DNA from: Endomicrobiales bacterium
Lineage (GTDB): Bacteria > Elusimicrobiota > Endomicrobiia > Endomicrobiales > CAWCFT01
Direction: 5' to 3'
Length of the DNA: 64,000 bases
NCBI GenBank assembly: GCA_963794945.1
Contig: CAWCFT010000008.1
Coordinates: 1-64,000, forward strand
The notes beneath the pieces were generated by a model that saw only the letters and a program-made list of their open reading frames with translations, did not search any database and was not told the origin of the DNA. Both the position numbers and the translations under genes were made by a program. Of the stretch, positions 14,101 to 20,790 are shown in pieces (positions within the stretch are counted from its first letter, which is position 1; every line of letters begins with the position of its first letter).

Positions 14101-17060
14101 GGGGTGCCATCTGACGGCTGACTGGAAGAGTCATATTGCCATGTCGCAGGCGCTACTGAGTTCGATGGAGTGGCCAGGTTTATAATTGGCGCGTCCGTTA
14201 TCGTTTGAGGCGCCAGCACATCACTATTATTATCAACATCTTGATCCATCTGGATATTATTTAACCCGTCATTTCCTGATGGCGCCGTAAACAATGGCGC
14301 TGCAGGCGCACCGGTATTAACCGTATTGGCGGTAAGCGTGTATTGGACATTGTTAAAAGTTTGAGTAATGCTTTCAGGGACGCCACCGCTGGACAACACT
14401 TGCTTGTTTATCGTTCCTGTAACGTAGAAATCATTGCTCGAAAGCTGAATGTAGACATCGCTAAGATCTTCATCATTGGTATTGTCGTACGTTTCGACAT
14501 CATCAGCGGATTTTGATCCCTGATACACTAAATACATTTTTCCGGAATCATCATTTGTCGCGGTAAATGGAATTAATGCTCCGTCTAAATTTTGCACTTG
14601 CGAGTTAGGCAAATAAGCAGAATTGACAAGGTATTTATCGCCTGCCTTTACTGCGGAATAATCGAATGTAGTCCCGTTTACCGCAGAAAGATTAACTGTA
14701 AACTCTCCACTCCCTTTGACAGGGTCAATTGAAAAAGACGCATCGCCGCCTTCTATGAAATTTGTGCCATCGAAAGTGACAGAGGCAAGGCTGCCATTGG
14801 ACATTACTTCGACCAAGCCTGTTTTCACAGTTATATTCGCGCTGCCGTCATTTAGCGTTGAGCCTTTTTCAACATAGACAGTTGATACTGGAGTTATCTC
14901 GCCGCTCGAAGGGTCTGTCTTAAATTGCAAAATAGTATAAAATTTCCCATTAATATTCTGGCCGGTTGAGTCGATATACGAATCACCAGTCCCATGAATA
15001 ATAATGCTGGAAACCGAACCGTCAGAAGAATAATTGACTGTGACTGCCGAGCCATTATTCGCATAGTAATAGCCATTATCATCTAATGTAAAATTATCAG
15101 CAATAAACTGGCTGACGTTATCGACACCCGAAAATTTCAACGCTTCCGTTAATGCCGCCATGCTGTATCCCGTGTTATTAGGATTGCTGTCGTCTATATT
15201 TGTATTATTAGGATCATTTCTCAGGAGCTTCTGCACCTTATTCATGTTAGCCTGATTGTTTGTTGTCAAAGGATGATATAAGGACTCAACAAGAGAGCCT
15301 GACGCGTTTGCAATGTCCGATACTATATCAAACGTGCCTGAAATACTGCTGCCTTCATTTACCTGGGTTAAATCGTGATTCAACGCGCCGGCCATGGTAA
15401 CGCCGTCACCGTAAACATTGCCCACGAACGATACATAAGTCCCTATGCTCTGCAGTAATGCGCCAACTGCTGTAACAGGGTTATCCATAAGATTTCCGCT
15501 GGCGCTTTCAAGATTCAAAACAAGGCCGGAATACATGGGGCTATTGCTTGAGTTAGAGCTTAAGGCTTTCGACAGGCCCAATGAAAAATTAACTGTTGCG
15601 GTGAGCATATTTTCCATGGAGCCCACAGCTATGAGATCGCTGAACATTGGTTCGCTATTGAAAGCCTTGGCATATACAGCGCTGTTTTGCGCCCTGGTAA
15701 GGCTACCAAGGTCCTCGCCAAACATATTGTACGCCGTGCGTTCCTCTATGCCGGTTTCAGCGGCGCTGCAAAGCCCGCTGACTATGCCTGAGGCATCACT
15801 CATCTGGTTGAACATGGTATATGACTTTGTATACCCGGTTGCCGCGTGTTGAGAAATATCTTGTACCCCCGCGTATACGGCGCCCAAACTGCTCTCTATC
15901 TGCATTGCCCCAAAAGCATGCCTGCCCATAAAAGCTGAATCAATATCATTGGCTGTTATTGCCCCCTGTATCACAAGGTTAAAAGACATTCCGGGCGTTG
16001 CTAAACCATTGGCATTGGTTTTATCAGCGTTTATGCCCATGTCATTGGTAACGTCTTGTTCGTACACATCAGCGCTGTTAGTAACAGATATTGCATCGTT
16101 AAGGGCCTGCCACCCCCACCCCATATCTTCATTGTGCTGCGAGTAATAAGTTTTAACCGCCGCCATTACAAATTTTAATGTTTGAAAAACTGGTGTTTTC
16201 ACCACATAATTTAAATCAGTGGACAATTGAGACTGGCTTAAATGAGACTGGCTTAAATTAAAAATACCCCTTACTGCATCGCCAATGCCTGCCACCGCGG
16301 CCGTGGTGACGAACGTTGACAAACCTGTGACAGCCACCTGGTGCCAATCCACCTTGCCGGTAGTGATCAACTGTGTCGCTACATTGACAGCCATGTTTAC
16401 GAGGGCGCTTGCTCCGGCCTGAAGCGCAACATTCGCGATTACACTCCAAACAGTGGTAGCCGCTGTAGTTAGTGAGGCATATACTGCGGCATATACTGCG
16501 GCATAGCCAATTCCTGCGGCAGTTCCTGCGGTTGCTGCGGTTGCTGCTGCGTTAGCTGTTTGGTCAGCCACTGCGTTGGCTGTTGCGTTAGCTGCTGCAC
16601 TGCCTCCTACTCCCAATCCTTTCAGAGCAAGGCTGATCCCCTGTCCTGCGCACGCCGTAGCAACGCCAGTGATACCGCCTATTGCGGCGGAAGTGCCTAC
16701 TGAATGCCAATCTATATCAGTTTTACCTGTTTTATCATTATTTATTGCCTGCATAGTTACATTCGTTGCGGCAGCTGTTGCCACGCCTACCGCGGCCGAA
16801 AGAGCAAACCAGGCCGTGGACCAAGCTGCGGGAGCGGATGAGCCAAAAGAAACAATCGTAAGTACAACAGCCGCTACAACAGTAACTACTGCATCGCCCC
16901 ACATGACTATCGTGTTATAATTCTTGTTTATCCAATTGTATAAGTGCCTATCAAGGCCCATTCCATCGAGCCCCTGAGCTGCAACAATCGCACCCATCAC
17001 TACATTCGCCAAGCGCCACCAATGACATTGCCCAGGCCTTTTGTAAAGTGCTTCCAGCAA
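1785..17060 (-). CDS. Giant protein segment 3 (~5000 aa): hydrophobic helices, long N/T/S/G-rich beta region, second helix cluster, SecA-like ATPase
   Basis: 5091-aa ORF. The last ~115 aa (after ~2130) look out of frame (C/R/W-rich); the coherent frame continues as segment 4. Confidence 0.9.
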   Translation of the reverse strand: MLEALYKRPGQCHWWRLANVVMGAIVAAQGLDGMGLDRHLYNWINKNYNTIVMWGDAVVTVVAAVVLTIVSFGSSAPAAWSTAWFALSAAVGVATAAATNVTMQAINNDKTGKTDIDWHSVGTSAAIGGITGVATACAGQGISLALKGLGVGGSAAANATANAVADQTANAAATAATAGTAAGIGYAAVYAAVYASLTTAATTVWSVIANVALQAGASALVNMAVNVATQLITTGKVDWHQVAVTGLSTFVTTAAVAGIGDAVRGIFNLSQSHLSQSQLSTDLNYVVKTPVFQTLKFVMAAVKTYYSQHNEDMGWGWQALNDAISVTNSADVYEQDVTNDMGINADKTNANGLATPGMSFNLVIQGAITANDIDSAFMGRHAFGAMQIESSLGAVYAGVQDISQHAATGYTKSYTMFNQMSDASGIVSGLCSAAETGIEERTAYNMFGEDLGSLTRAQNSAVYAKAFNSEPMFSDLIAVGSMENMLTATVNFSLGLSKALSSNSSNSPMYSGLVLNLESASGNLMDNPVTAVGALLQSIGTYVSFVGNVYGDGVTMAGALNHDLTQVNEGSSISGTFDIVSDIANASGSLVESLYHPLTTNNQANMNKVQKLLRNDPNNTNIDDSNPNNTGYSMAALTEALKFSGVDNVSQFIADNFTLDDNGYYYANNGSAVTVNYSSDGSVSSIIIHGTGDSYIDSTGQNINGKFYTILQFKTDPSSGEITPVSTVYVEKGSTLNDGSANITVKTGLVEVMSNGSLASVTFDGTNFIEGGDASFSIDPVKGSGEFTVNLSAVNGTTFDYSAVKAGDKYLVNSAYLPNSQVQNLDGALIPFTATNDDSGKMYLVYQGSKSADDVETYDNTNDEDLSDVYIQLSSNDFYVTGTINKQVLSSGGVPESITQTFNNVQYTLTANTVNTGAPAAPLFTAPSGNDGLNNIQMDQDVDNNSDVLAPQTITDAPIINLATPSNSVAPATWQYDSSSQPSDGTPPITTMYNFSAAKGITYTINTQTTYDSGSKSLKTTLVDTSLPNSTDANQPSQAAEFKLSNGQTCAVVVQTSADGSVKDVAADNLGSFATSNVQFNNNTNTIVIQTDAGAITENISTNSTNYTANYNGQNYNYTPLSSFGINNMGIITNNGVGATLVTINSDGTLNSNYDTDTVNDSLASSGWQMSDPDGNAIFSKTSGNSITSICLNDANNNACGIVEKISSYDSTNSAQVTSTYGLDSFGAFSTLLTQLSVADSGARTTTILGVNASDSSTIVPGTTMTIADYISAQNQNFGNVKNLVDYKFNTTTTEGNTVQLCQQYYDNTIQPSAAVTSTANTTTGSQYNDTLNSVTNQPSVTLTTNNGNFVTTLADGVDKILVPQVWAESCSNISVSIDNQQIIYFSNTGNPLIGGAMTIQAIYNNSDGIATFSTLEDNGTLANVTTLSDNGDNTTKVNVTFYDANVPSYLGYYSDTNGAEMTCIIDAKGNRTDFTSTVPGTESDSRVPGGEFYQNTYSSNGQAIVNVFGNDENGNYYSYEAFNNGSYFQRIIQAPDGTYYGVNVQQYDNAAVDALNQLSLSLGFSGNLFTTQQSVLKISLNHTGSDAVDISNPFTTTQVDGTYNAQTGDFTLATPDTITTQYAITETTGFNTISDSFQMSDNTPGWSFTSVLVNGAWMPVASQASANIDGQSGFVLGVTNGTQTDGSPLVELMKFEQLDGAGYIQLGDKINNLTVTNITSNGDIFLDAPDGSPLKVGFGQNANTITGSVTQLELEIGDNNQIVFAVQDCLNENENGLSVTYNGKGGFTLVNATVVFDNQGNLVVSSGLLETNGINTSVQPGQAGTGGTAQDVQSKGVFKAVLDSNKQLVWQVSGNSQISIINGQMVVLGNGTEFETGSTLANGQVVNQGNVIAKANGNDFVYVSDGDYAQTSYTIPGNKGTEYVDYDANGVTDAYIIVTKGNVYGNQNILVTSGYCIEGYFQLSQVTDDDGDVISIVNKAGALIPDSGVQSKDFNADASNTSYAAKDSVTGESGTLESVKINGQIVWSFNGQAISGDTNHAYIIGNDIVGYNVVVFQKNNDTNAPLLTPPPAKFLSIFNTNVVSVADDGSITIGGQGVVLSGAQATMVEMPGTDITGTIDINSDGSINNMLTQVYLNTTGNQPTPLLWDSKNNDWKAINSPVFQENFDASVDSILTPQTVSFKIDSLSANFSQATIDLNVNDMEIYGLGHEQQQIGGGAGAGTSTNKMIWDVTLSGNDDGTWNLQQTNNTKGCVVVANIQFNQFVSGDLTEITLTGNCFKAGTQLTIDTTNGPVQTSALITRTDNDGNIYTFDCQYTIDQGGTIDFKQDGGLVDNLSQLKNTKIDISVQESEDGWVISTYVEHYSNVGEGSMNADGEPISAGTTVTFTNAYTDKQGNMVDTGKPIDVSNIDIGNSKYINVSSLNFSDGTYFWGALETGAERLSAGIAAYVASAIASTVGAFDYAQQLAVAATNILKGNVQVGDIFKNGALNSDLFDTNNLTAKDYFLAGVTAVGTAVAVAAFTVSVVLTGGATAALAGLIVNGILTGVALGSTMYSLGTGDLQGAAISAAFSAVGALAGPGGLLKTLQIGAVAAVPTVPFELSATAEWVSIGLRGASAAIMAGAGGVQIVQGIQNNWDWGQIGGGLLEVGLGAAFMFGGGSWSTGYAVGGSTFTTMATSSVRLLAASAIVWGDQIISYVSDGDQFVASALTTVKNLLVAVVVSNTLLSFIGTIAGATSFGNVINSFNDWVSSGIGARCANALNLGLSFGITGTIFFPLNAYVSGQPIDLSFSGLAWDFVGGFVFGLGAGLIGGSEVSAAWLNNMGKAFTEASTAGFNLLGTIQSGAYLGYANVMGLGDLMTLIPSFQDGTLNWTPHFLTMQERTQSFISGFTMGMVLMPWFSASMPAEAITSETMGYASRYIADAAYMNPLIDAFGGAGSALGDFVHMAATVSQYSIVSNLGKAVGYGAGWCLDQTGMDSWLGTYTTTNADGNTITVPNTMANILGTYLSDISFFLVPSRSTNALDALTTGMKVDAVTTMDGDVVTMQDFLDANDNGSGLKLSVTENIPGGSEYEREIFLDAGTLNKLIDSGSLNIMFLTSPAIGPLVSAFITLEEPDQTVRYTDEAILGNPETESVSPEDAGASPESVNPAVAVRDLFANTIFDELARNNGQSSDALENAFGEGFNWKPILNAYNTAGMTDEAKIDAIKNALASAGGSGMVDVSDISGLVAKSIVESGSPEDVKAFVELVNEALGTDINADKVENIMKSGSSNEKIIAGIKDLIENPETTFGDILAGGIFYNRSQIGLDGDPLKIIQDKLGIEFSAEDINKIKDLLKDPNITQDEAIEQIQKIIGDNINTADKAVSKEFLLQYRNAAAELIRQEADLSEVNGKKLSKMNENPGDYAVIDVNECTVRVDARLFADAVKLELDARNNKIYMDFKARYGELNNAKQLSKALSQMPLDKNEIEEQSQVQKTLEGMNKQYEAAGEKVVDQDSYINLRNGIIKDLLGKLDPVEMAKLLEQLKAEGGCDAILTERIKSLTDAAIVNAIPGRDQPADQKKFFDSLKLGESLGIVKIEGQDIDVSMYMCAHAVFGDAWEKANSTKTIKDKMNAIQTLFEASRNVAISEYASTEKVLSNIQLKAYDKVNTEGISKLANSIKTNNGKFSDKAIADLQEIMREFAVLGTGEGKTVLIAGLAPVFKFLNDNIGDGKVSIMLADNNINVNNLANEMKRIFGNGIEGLETYTFRNDEENSSKELEQAIEDGKIILTSYGDLSFRYVADKEAENSLLKGKMGVLLMDEADMALFMPMSMISQWSGVEQGARLEFLKSLQEGGTRYDAFNKAQEELMSFLIEKEGKDSYLENCRTALESLKNVEDLLKAGNIEEALRILKDTPLAKELESFKSSITEDYETTLNDRAKTLETIQGQKAIDDYIAATEKFKENYKQFKNTIENLDKLNADQNVTAKQLLRLTGIITQGFEIGQTNRLKTYFGENGDGRTKAQDLLKEMTKKYTPEELDTFKNIVDIKDPDKVHEGYELTKIMENMLISQMTWVRGVDYELKDGKVLLIMNGKAMPLMPEAGLLQGIEALERANGNKVDYSMVAPKEYTGVSIKEAVSDAAGAVGFSGTYSMAIKNEMGFKSLETGGQTEVTLNADGTGCKANKPGVGDIPIDCDVSDGILSAYSDLVVDALMPDKMLIAGFKSQASMDMAKDIFKTFDLRDGRIAEFGSTTDADDASKWAKNESGTYNTYFGVYEQIGRGIDMKPPSDVSSVSLYGVDIQLSYASAIAQFVGRILGARMADKMNRYGNGFLKIDAKFITSKNTIDANAGEIEKTINPNNEQWTKKMYTTLIWDRAMFAKAEEDVIAQSVGKGVNSVASREVERTEMPQVVAALEGMGLTVEQTNALIADFIDNGYGYNQSDGTTNLSNRGMAAAVAMLTLLGLNSASPSLEPMPGSQQQKQIEALQSAVEGLGLMNYGIQSDFDILLKGDSKITNAKARASFAIVNYLMQQNVINLTSGEGISISDLIQMGMLDISESIANPENLSPSELVKNTLKNYSANGLNGMPIQLKLPVLNKYFRAQQTLTNARKAVKKIYTKAQTNKNASWFEKFWLQKITYNLALREQNRALKSLEAERADALAKALKIQDENMKKIVLMILNMQETAGGRFKFGSAFNTSMFMSQINDKGIFSFLSSGKFNLKTAGAANLFSFFNLAQKTQIDVLQKGYMSGFEKFVAGARNLLKMPAAQGSIEQRLGDLKNKGVSNKGLLNLVNPVLLKIFSDDEITEFKASNATELLNSVEAAITTKIIPDVINTDSPDLKQRVKGLNAIASINGQLSTESQDALMTIANTQAYNMEVRKSAVDTLAVLAEKAIENAGKKSGDQAGTDSLMTTLGAIANGTVITGENSGKKYIAMDEKAVEKNKALKDAITLAKYANSLILNIGNNELNSQAATRPELKGMGINALKFGLSVGRPGNDLWRADRAYHWGCSKHSSYNDEQKWPKSECSKRESGYKSKASKGFASTCDRRCGFADRLLCARAFYGVANCGGVNPHYYNAVGNKLSSYGNEGFTGRGAGHWFNIRFYRW
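4160..6010 (-). other. SecA-like DEAD ATPase motor domain inside the giant protein
   Basis: Ordered SecA motifs: LGTGEGKT, ILTSYGDLSFRY, LLMDEAD, RGVDYELKDGKVLLI..GLLQGIEALE, GFSGT, IGRGIDMK, QFVGR. Confidence 0.85.
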
Positions 17061-17686
17061 TCACCTATTATATATTTGAATCCGCTCCAGTCCCAATTAC
17101 CAGTCGTTAGTCCTACAAGAACCGTACCAATAAGAGCCTCAACGGCCAAGACAAGTTCCACTACTGCTGCAACTAGCTGTGCTATGCCCACAACAAGCTG
17201 CTCTATACCTTTCCATGCGGTTACTAAACCCCTATATGCCAAACGCAGGGTATTTCCTATGTCATCTCCTATTTTTTTGATAGTGTTGTTTACTTTATTG
17301 ACAACATTGTTTACAGCATTTACCACCGCTTTAATAGGGTTTGACGCGCCTTTAACCAGCATCAGGCCGGTCATGTCAAGCTTTGATATCGTATTGTTAT
17401 TTAACTGGTTATCGGTGAGGTTTTTGCAAAGCACATTGCCAGTCCACGCGGCCATGAACTGGTCCTGGGTCATTGTCTTGGTTTTGCCATCGGAATCAAC
17501 ATAGGTAACTATGCCGTTGGCTATACTGTTGACTACCACAAAATGCGTTACAGTTGAGGTTGTGCCGTCAGCGTTAGTGACAGTGAAAGAAAGGTGGGCT
17601 ATAGCCTGGCCGTTGGCATTAAGAATGGACTGCAACCCGCTAAGGTTTGTTACATAACCCGAGAGGGTTACCCCCTGCTGGGCGGC
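17000..17686 (-). CDS. Giant protein segment 2: C-terminal half of a C39-like peptidase domain plus amphipathic/hydrophobic helices
   Basis: AIAHL..THFVVV..VTYVDSDG..FMAAWTGNVL; joins segment 3 through a shift near 17012 (GLGNVIGG|LANVVMGAIVAAQG). Confidence 0.8.
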   Translation of the reverse strand, partial: AAQQGVTLSGYVTNLSGLQSILNANGQAIAHLSFTVTNADGTTSTVTHFVVVNSIANGIVTYVDSDGKTKTMTQDQFMAAWTGNVLCKNLTDNQLNNNTISKLDMTGLMLVKGASNPIKAVVNAVNNVVNKVNNTIKKIGDDIGNTLRLAYRGLVTAWKGIEQLVVGIAQLVAAVVELVLAVEALIGTVLVGLTTGNWDWSGFKYIIGDCWKHFTKGLGNVIGGAWRM

Positions 17687-20250
17687 TCCTTCTGCATGGC
17701 ATACATGCTGAACTGTATTTGCTGGCCGGGCTTGCTTATATCCAGGTTGCCGGTAAGAACATCTACAAGCGTGGCAGTAAACAACAGTTTTCCAACATCA
17801 ATATTTGCTGAATTACCAGCCAGATTCACAAGAGCATTAATAGCGCAGTTAAGCATATTAACGCCCTGTCCCTTAAGATAGCTTAATATCTGCGTTACGC
17901 CCTGCACGGAAAGCTGGGTTAGCTGGCTGACAGTAAGCCCCAAAGATGCGGCCATCACCGCTTTTTCAGCGGCAGATGCGTTTACAAATTGATTAAGGAA
18001 AGCGCCTATATTATCAATAACTTCGTTGACAAGGTTTTGCTGCTGCGCGGCGGTCATCTGGCTGGGCGGTATATTGCTGGTTGCAGCCTGTGTGGGAGGG
18101 GGGGCGCGCGCGGCTATCTGGCTCTGCGCAGCCTGCGAAACAGCGCTTATCTGGCTTGCGGCCAATGTTGTAAGCGTTGCCACATCAGTGTTCTGGCTGC
18201 TTGCTATGCTTATAAGCGTTTGCTGAGCCACCTGTGAGACACTACCTATGGAACTCGCGGCTAATGTTGTAAGCGTTATTGTGTCCGTGCCCTGGTTGTT
18301 CGCAAGGTTTATAAGCGCCTGTTGAGCGGCCTGCGCCACACTGCCTATTGAGCTTGCGGCCAATGTAATAAGTGTCACCACTGGGGTGGTCTGGTTTTTA
18401 GCTATGCCTATTAAAGTCTGCTGAGCGGCTTTGGCCACACTACTAATTGAGCTTGAAGCTAATGTTGCAAGTGTGCCTGTAGCGGTACTTTGGTTGCTTG
18501 CTATAGTTACCAGCGTCTGTTGAGCGGCCTGTGAGAGACTGCTTACCGAACTTGCTGCCAACATAGCCAGTATTGCCATATTTGAACTTTGGTTATTTGC
18601 TATTGTTATAAGAGTCTGTATAGCGTTCGCGTTACTGCCGCCATTTTCAGCCAGGGACAGGGCAGATATTATTTTCCCCGCGTCTGACTGGCTTACACCG
18701 GCGTTAAGCAGAGTGATCATCCTGCTTGCGGCTGTAGCTACTTGAGCGTTACTGCTCTTGGCAAGCTGAGCAAGGCCGGCCGCGTTAACCGTGCCCTGGC
18801 TTATATCATTTATAAGCCCCTGCGCCGCGAAACCAGCGCCGGCCGCGCCGCTTTCCGCCTTTGCCTGCAGGGCTGATATTTGAGATGCAGTGGGCTGAGC
18901 CGCTGATGCTCCATGCGCGCTTATTATATTCTTTATCGCGTCCACAACGCGCGAGAAAATGCCTGTGGTGGACGCCTTTGTTGTCTGGTCAAGAGAAACA
19001 GCTCCCGCAACATCTTTTGTTGATAATACCTTTCCGCTCCACATCGATGTAAAAGTGGACGCGCTCATCTGCTCGTGCTGCCCGTTAGGCTCTATGTAAG
19101 ATATATTGCCGCTGTCATCCACAGCCGTTACTACTACAAAAACACCCTTATTATCACTGCCGTTCAAATGGGCTATCACGGGAACGCTATTATTGCCTTC
19201 TCCCAGGGCTGCCTTGAGTTTAAAAATATCTTTATCAGCTATATTTGATGATACCAGAGCCAAACCCTGCGCGGCGGCTATCTTTTCAATGTCCAGCATG
19301 CTGACCTGGCCGCTGCTTGTTTCACTGGAATTCTTAAGCACAAGCATATTTGCCAGCTTTACCATCATCTGGGTGGTTTTTTCTCTCACTTTATTGATAA
19401 ATGATTCTATGGCGTTCTTCGCGTCCCCCAGCCCCTTAACCGTCACGGTGGCATCTTTATCTAAAGCAGATTTTACTTTGGCAACATCGATTTTTGTATC
19501 AGCATTTATTACTTTGACCCCGATATTAGCGGCTATCTGTTTGTTGTCAACACTTTTAGTATCCAGGCTGTCCTTGCTGCCTTTATTATTGTTACTTTGC
19601 AGCGGATTGGCTAATTTATCCGCGTTTGCCGCCTCTTGCTGATTGGAATTTTGTCCCTGCTTGTTCTCTTCCGTGCCGGCTGACGATTTTGTATTAGCAG
19701 AATTGACAGTTGGCTGTTCTTCTTTATTATCACTCTTGCTCCCAAAAGTAGTTAAGCTTTCCAGGTAAGAGCCTGCGCCCTGTAATAAACTCATGAACGC
19801 GCCTAACACGCCTTGCTGGTTCCCGCTGTCCGTTGTTGCTGAAACTTCATTGCCGCTTTGATCATATACGGTTTCTGTTACTTTGCCATCACTGCCTTTT
19901 TCGAACTTCGTTGTGTTTCCGGTCTTTTCGTCTATGAACCCCACGACTTCTTTAGATTGACTGTCTATCAGGTAGATCTTATTATCATTCTTGTCTTCCA
20001 CCTTGATCAGCCCGTTGTCCTGTGCCGCTGAGCTCGGGCTGTTGTAACCCTGCCCGCTCAAAACTGACTGGTTGGTCGTCTTTTCTTTGTCTTCCTGGGT
20101 CACTGCCGCGTAGCCTGTAGAACCAAGGATATTTACAATAAGGCACGCCGTGACCGTAACCGCAACCGCTTTGTTGACAAAAACGAACTTCAAGTAAGGC
20201 TTCACAAGAAGTTTCAGCGACCGCCAGTAATAATCAATTAAAAAGTTCAT
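17668..20250 (-). CDS. Giant multidomain secreted/membrane protein, segment 1: signal peptide, degenerate C39-like domain, 33-aa repeats, start of an intact C39-like domain
   Basis: AAGGAG RBS before ATG 20250; hydrophobic N-terminus (AVAVTVTACLIVNILGSTGYAA). A 1-nt shift near 17687 restores QK-AAQQGVTLSGYVTNLSGLQSIL into segment 2. Confidence 0.85.
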   Translation of the reverse strand: MNFLIDYYWRSLKLLVKPYLKFVFVNKAVAVTVTACLIVNILGSTGYAAVTQEDKEKTTNQSVLSGQGYNSPSSAAQDNGLIKVEDKNDNKIYLIDSQSKEVVGFIDEKTGNTTKFEKGSDGKVTETVYDQSGNEVSATTDSGNQQGVLGAFMSLLQGAGSYLESLTTFGSKSDNKEEQPTVNSANTKSSAGTEENKQGQNSNQQEAANADKLANPLQSNNNKGSKDSLDTKSVDNKQIAANIGVKVINADTKIDVAKVKSALDKDATVTVKGLGDAKNAIESFINKVREKTTQMMVKLANMLVLKNSSETSSGQVSMLDIEKIAAAQGLALVSSNIADKDIFKLKAALGEGNNSVPVIAHLNGSDNKGVFVVVTAVDDSGNISYIEPNGQHEQMSASTFTSMWSGKVLSTKDVAGAVSLDQTTKASTTGIFSRVVDAIKNIISAHGASAAQPTASQISALQAKAESGAAGAGFAAQGLINDISQGTVNAAGLAQLAKSSNAQVATAASRMITLLNAGVSQSDAGKIISALSLAENGGSNANAIQTLITIANNQSSNMAILAMLAASSVSSLSQAAQQTLVTIASNQSTATGTLATLASSSISSVAKAAQQTLIGIAKNQTTPVVTLITLAASSIGSVAQAAQQALINLANNQGTDTITLTTLAASSIGSVSQVAQQTLISIASSQNTDVATLTTLAASQISAVSQAAQSQIAARAPPPTQAATSNIPPSQMTAAQQQNLVNEVIDNIGAFLNQFVNASAAEKAVMAASLGLTVSQLTQLSVQGVTQILSYLKGQGVNMLNCAINALVNLAGNSANIDVGKLLFTATLVDVLTGNLDISKPGQQIQFSMYAMQKEPPSRG
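18110..18610 (-). repeat. About five tandem 33-aa (99-nt) LRV/HEAT-like helical repeats
   Basis: Unit approximately ASNQSTATGTLATLASSSISSVAKAAQQTLIGI. Confidence 0.75.
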
Positions 20251-20264
20251 GATGTCTTCTCCTT

Positions 20265-20790
20265 AAATCAAATATTAAAAATCAAATGTCAAATATTCAT
20301 CTCAAAATCTAAAATTATTTCTTGCCCTTCAAAGTTAAAATACTTTTTGCGAGTATATTTGATAACTCATTTAACTCATCTAAGAAATATTTAACATCTT
20401 CGCTTTTCGCGCGTTTGCTGTCTCTAAGCAAAGCGAACCACAATTTGCTCTCATTAGACGACTTTAAAGCCGTGTTTAAATAATTTGTGAAGTGTTTTCT
20501 TGAACTCGCAGATCTGCCTTCAATATAATTACCAATAATGCTTGTTCCGCTACGTATCAACTGATCGCTTATCTTTTTTGAAACGTTATCATTCGGTAGT
20601 TTATCTATAAACTCAATAAGATTCAGGGTAAACTTATAAAGCCTGGATTTGAACTCATTTTTAAACTTTGACTTGTCATTTTGATCTTTGTTTTTTGATT
20701 CTTGATTTTCCATAACACTGTTCCTGGTTTTGAATTTACTTTTGAATTTTTATATGCATTTTTGATCTTTGAACTTTGATATTTGATTTT
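20265..20790. mobile_element. Putative cassette: four-helix-bundle gene between ~50-bp imperfect inverted arms with 7-nt periodicity
   Basis: Left arm 20265-20314 AAATCAAATATTAAAAATCAAATGTCAAATATTCATCTCAAAATCTAAAA; reverse complement of right arm (~20740-20790) AAATCAAATATCAAAGTTCAAAGATCAAAAATGCATATAAAAATTCAAAA. Confidence 0.55.
20315..20713 (-). CDS. Four helix bundle protein (23S rRNA intervening-sequence protein / Avd-like family)
   Basis: QLIRSGTSIIGNYIEG..S.K.F...L..ALKS.NESK.W..LL family signature. Confidence 0.9.
   Translation of the reverse strand: MENQESKNKDQNDKSKFKNEFKSRLYKFTLNLIEFIDKLPNDNVSKKISDQLIRSGTSIIGNYIEGRSASSRKHFTNYLNTALKSSNESKLWFALLRDSKRAKSEDVKYFLDELNELSNILAKSILTLKGKK

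Noticed and set aside
17000..17700. Programmed frameshifting in the giant gene
   Set aside because: No slippery heptamer at the junctions, and similar indels affect housekeeping genes.
129..19642. Many plus-strand ORFs of 60-190 aa opposite the giant gene
   Set aside because: Antisense shadows of a coding strand with no independent features.
20315..20713. Avd-like gene as evidence of a diversity-generating retroelement
   Set aside because: No reverse transcriptase and no TR/VR pair with adenine-specific mismatches seen in the window.
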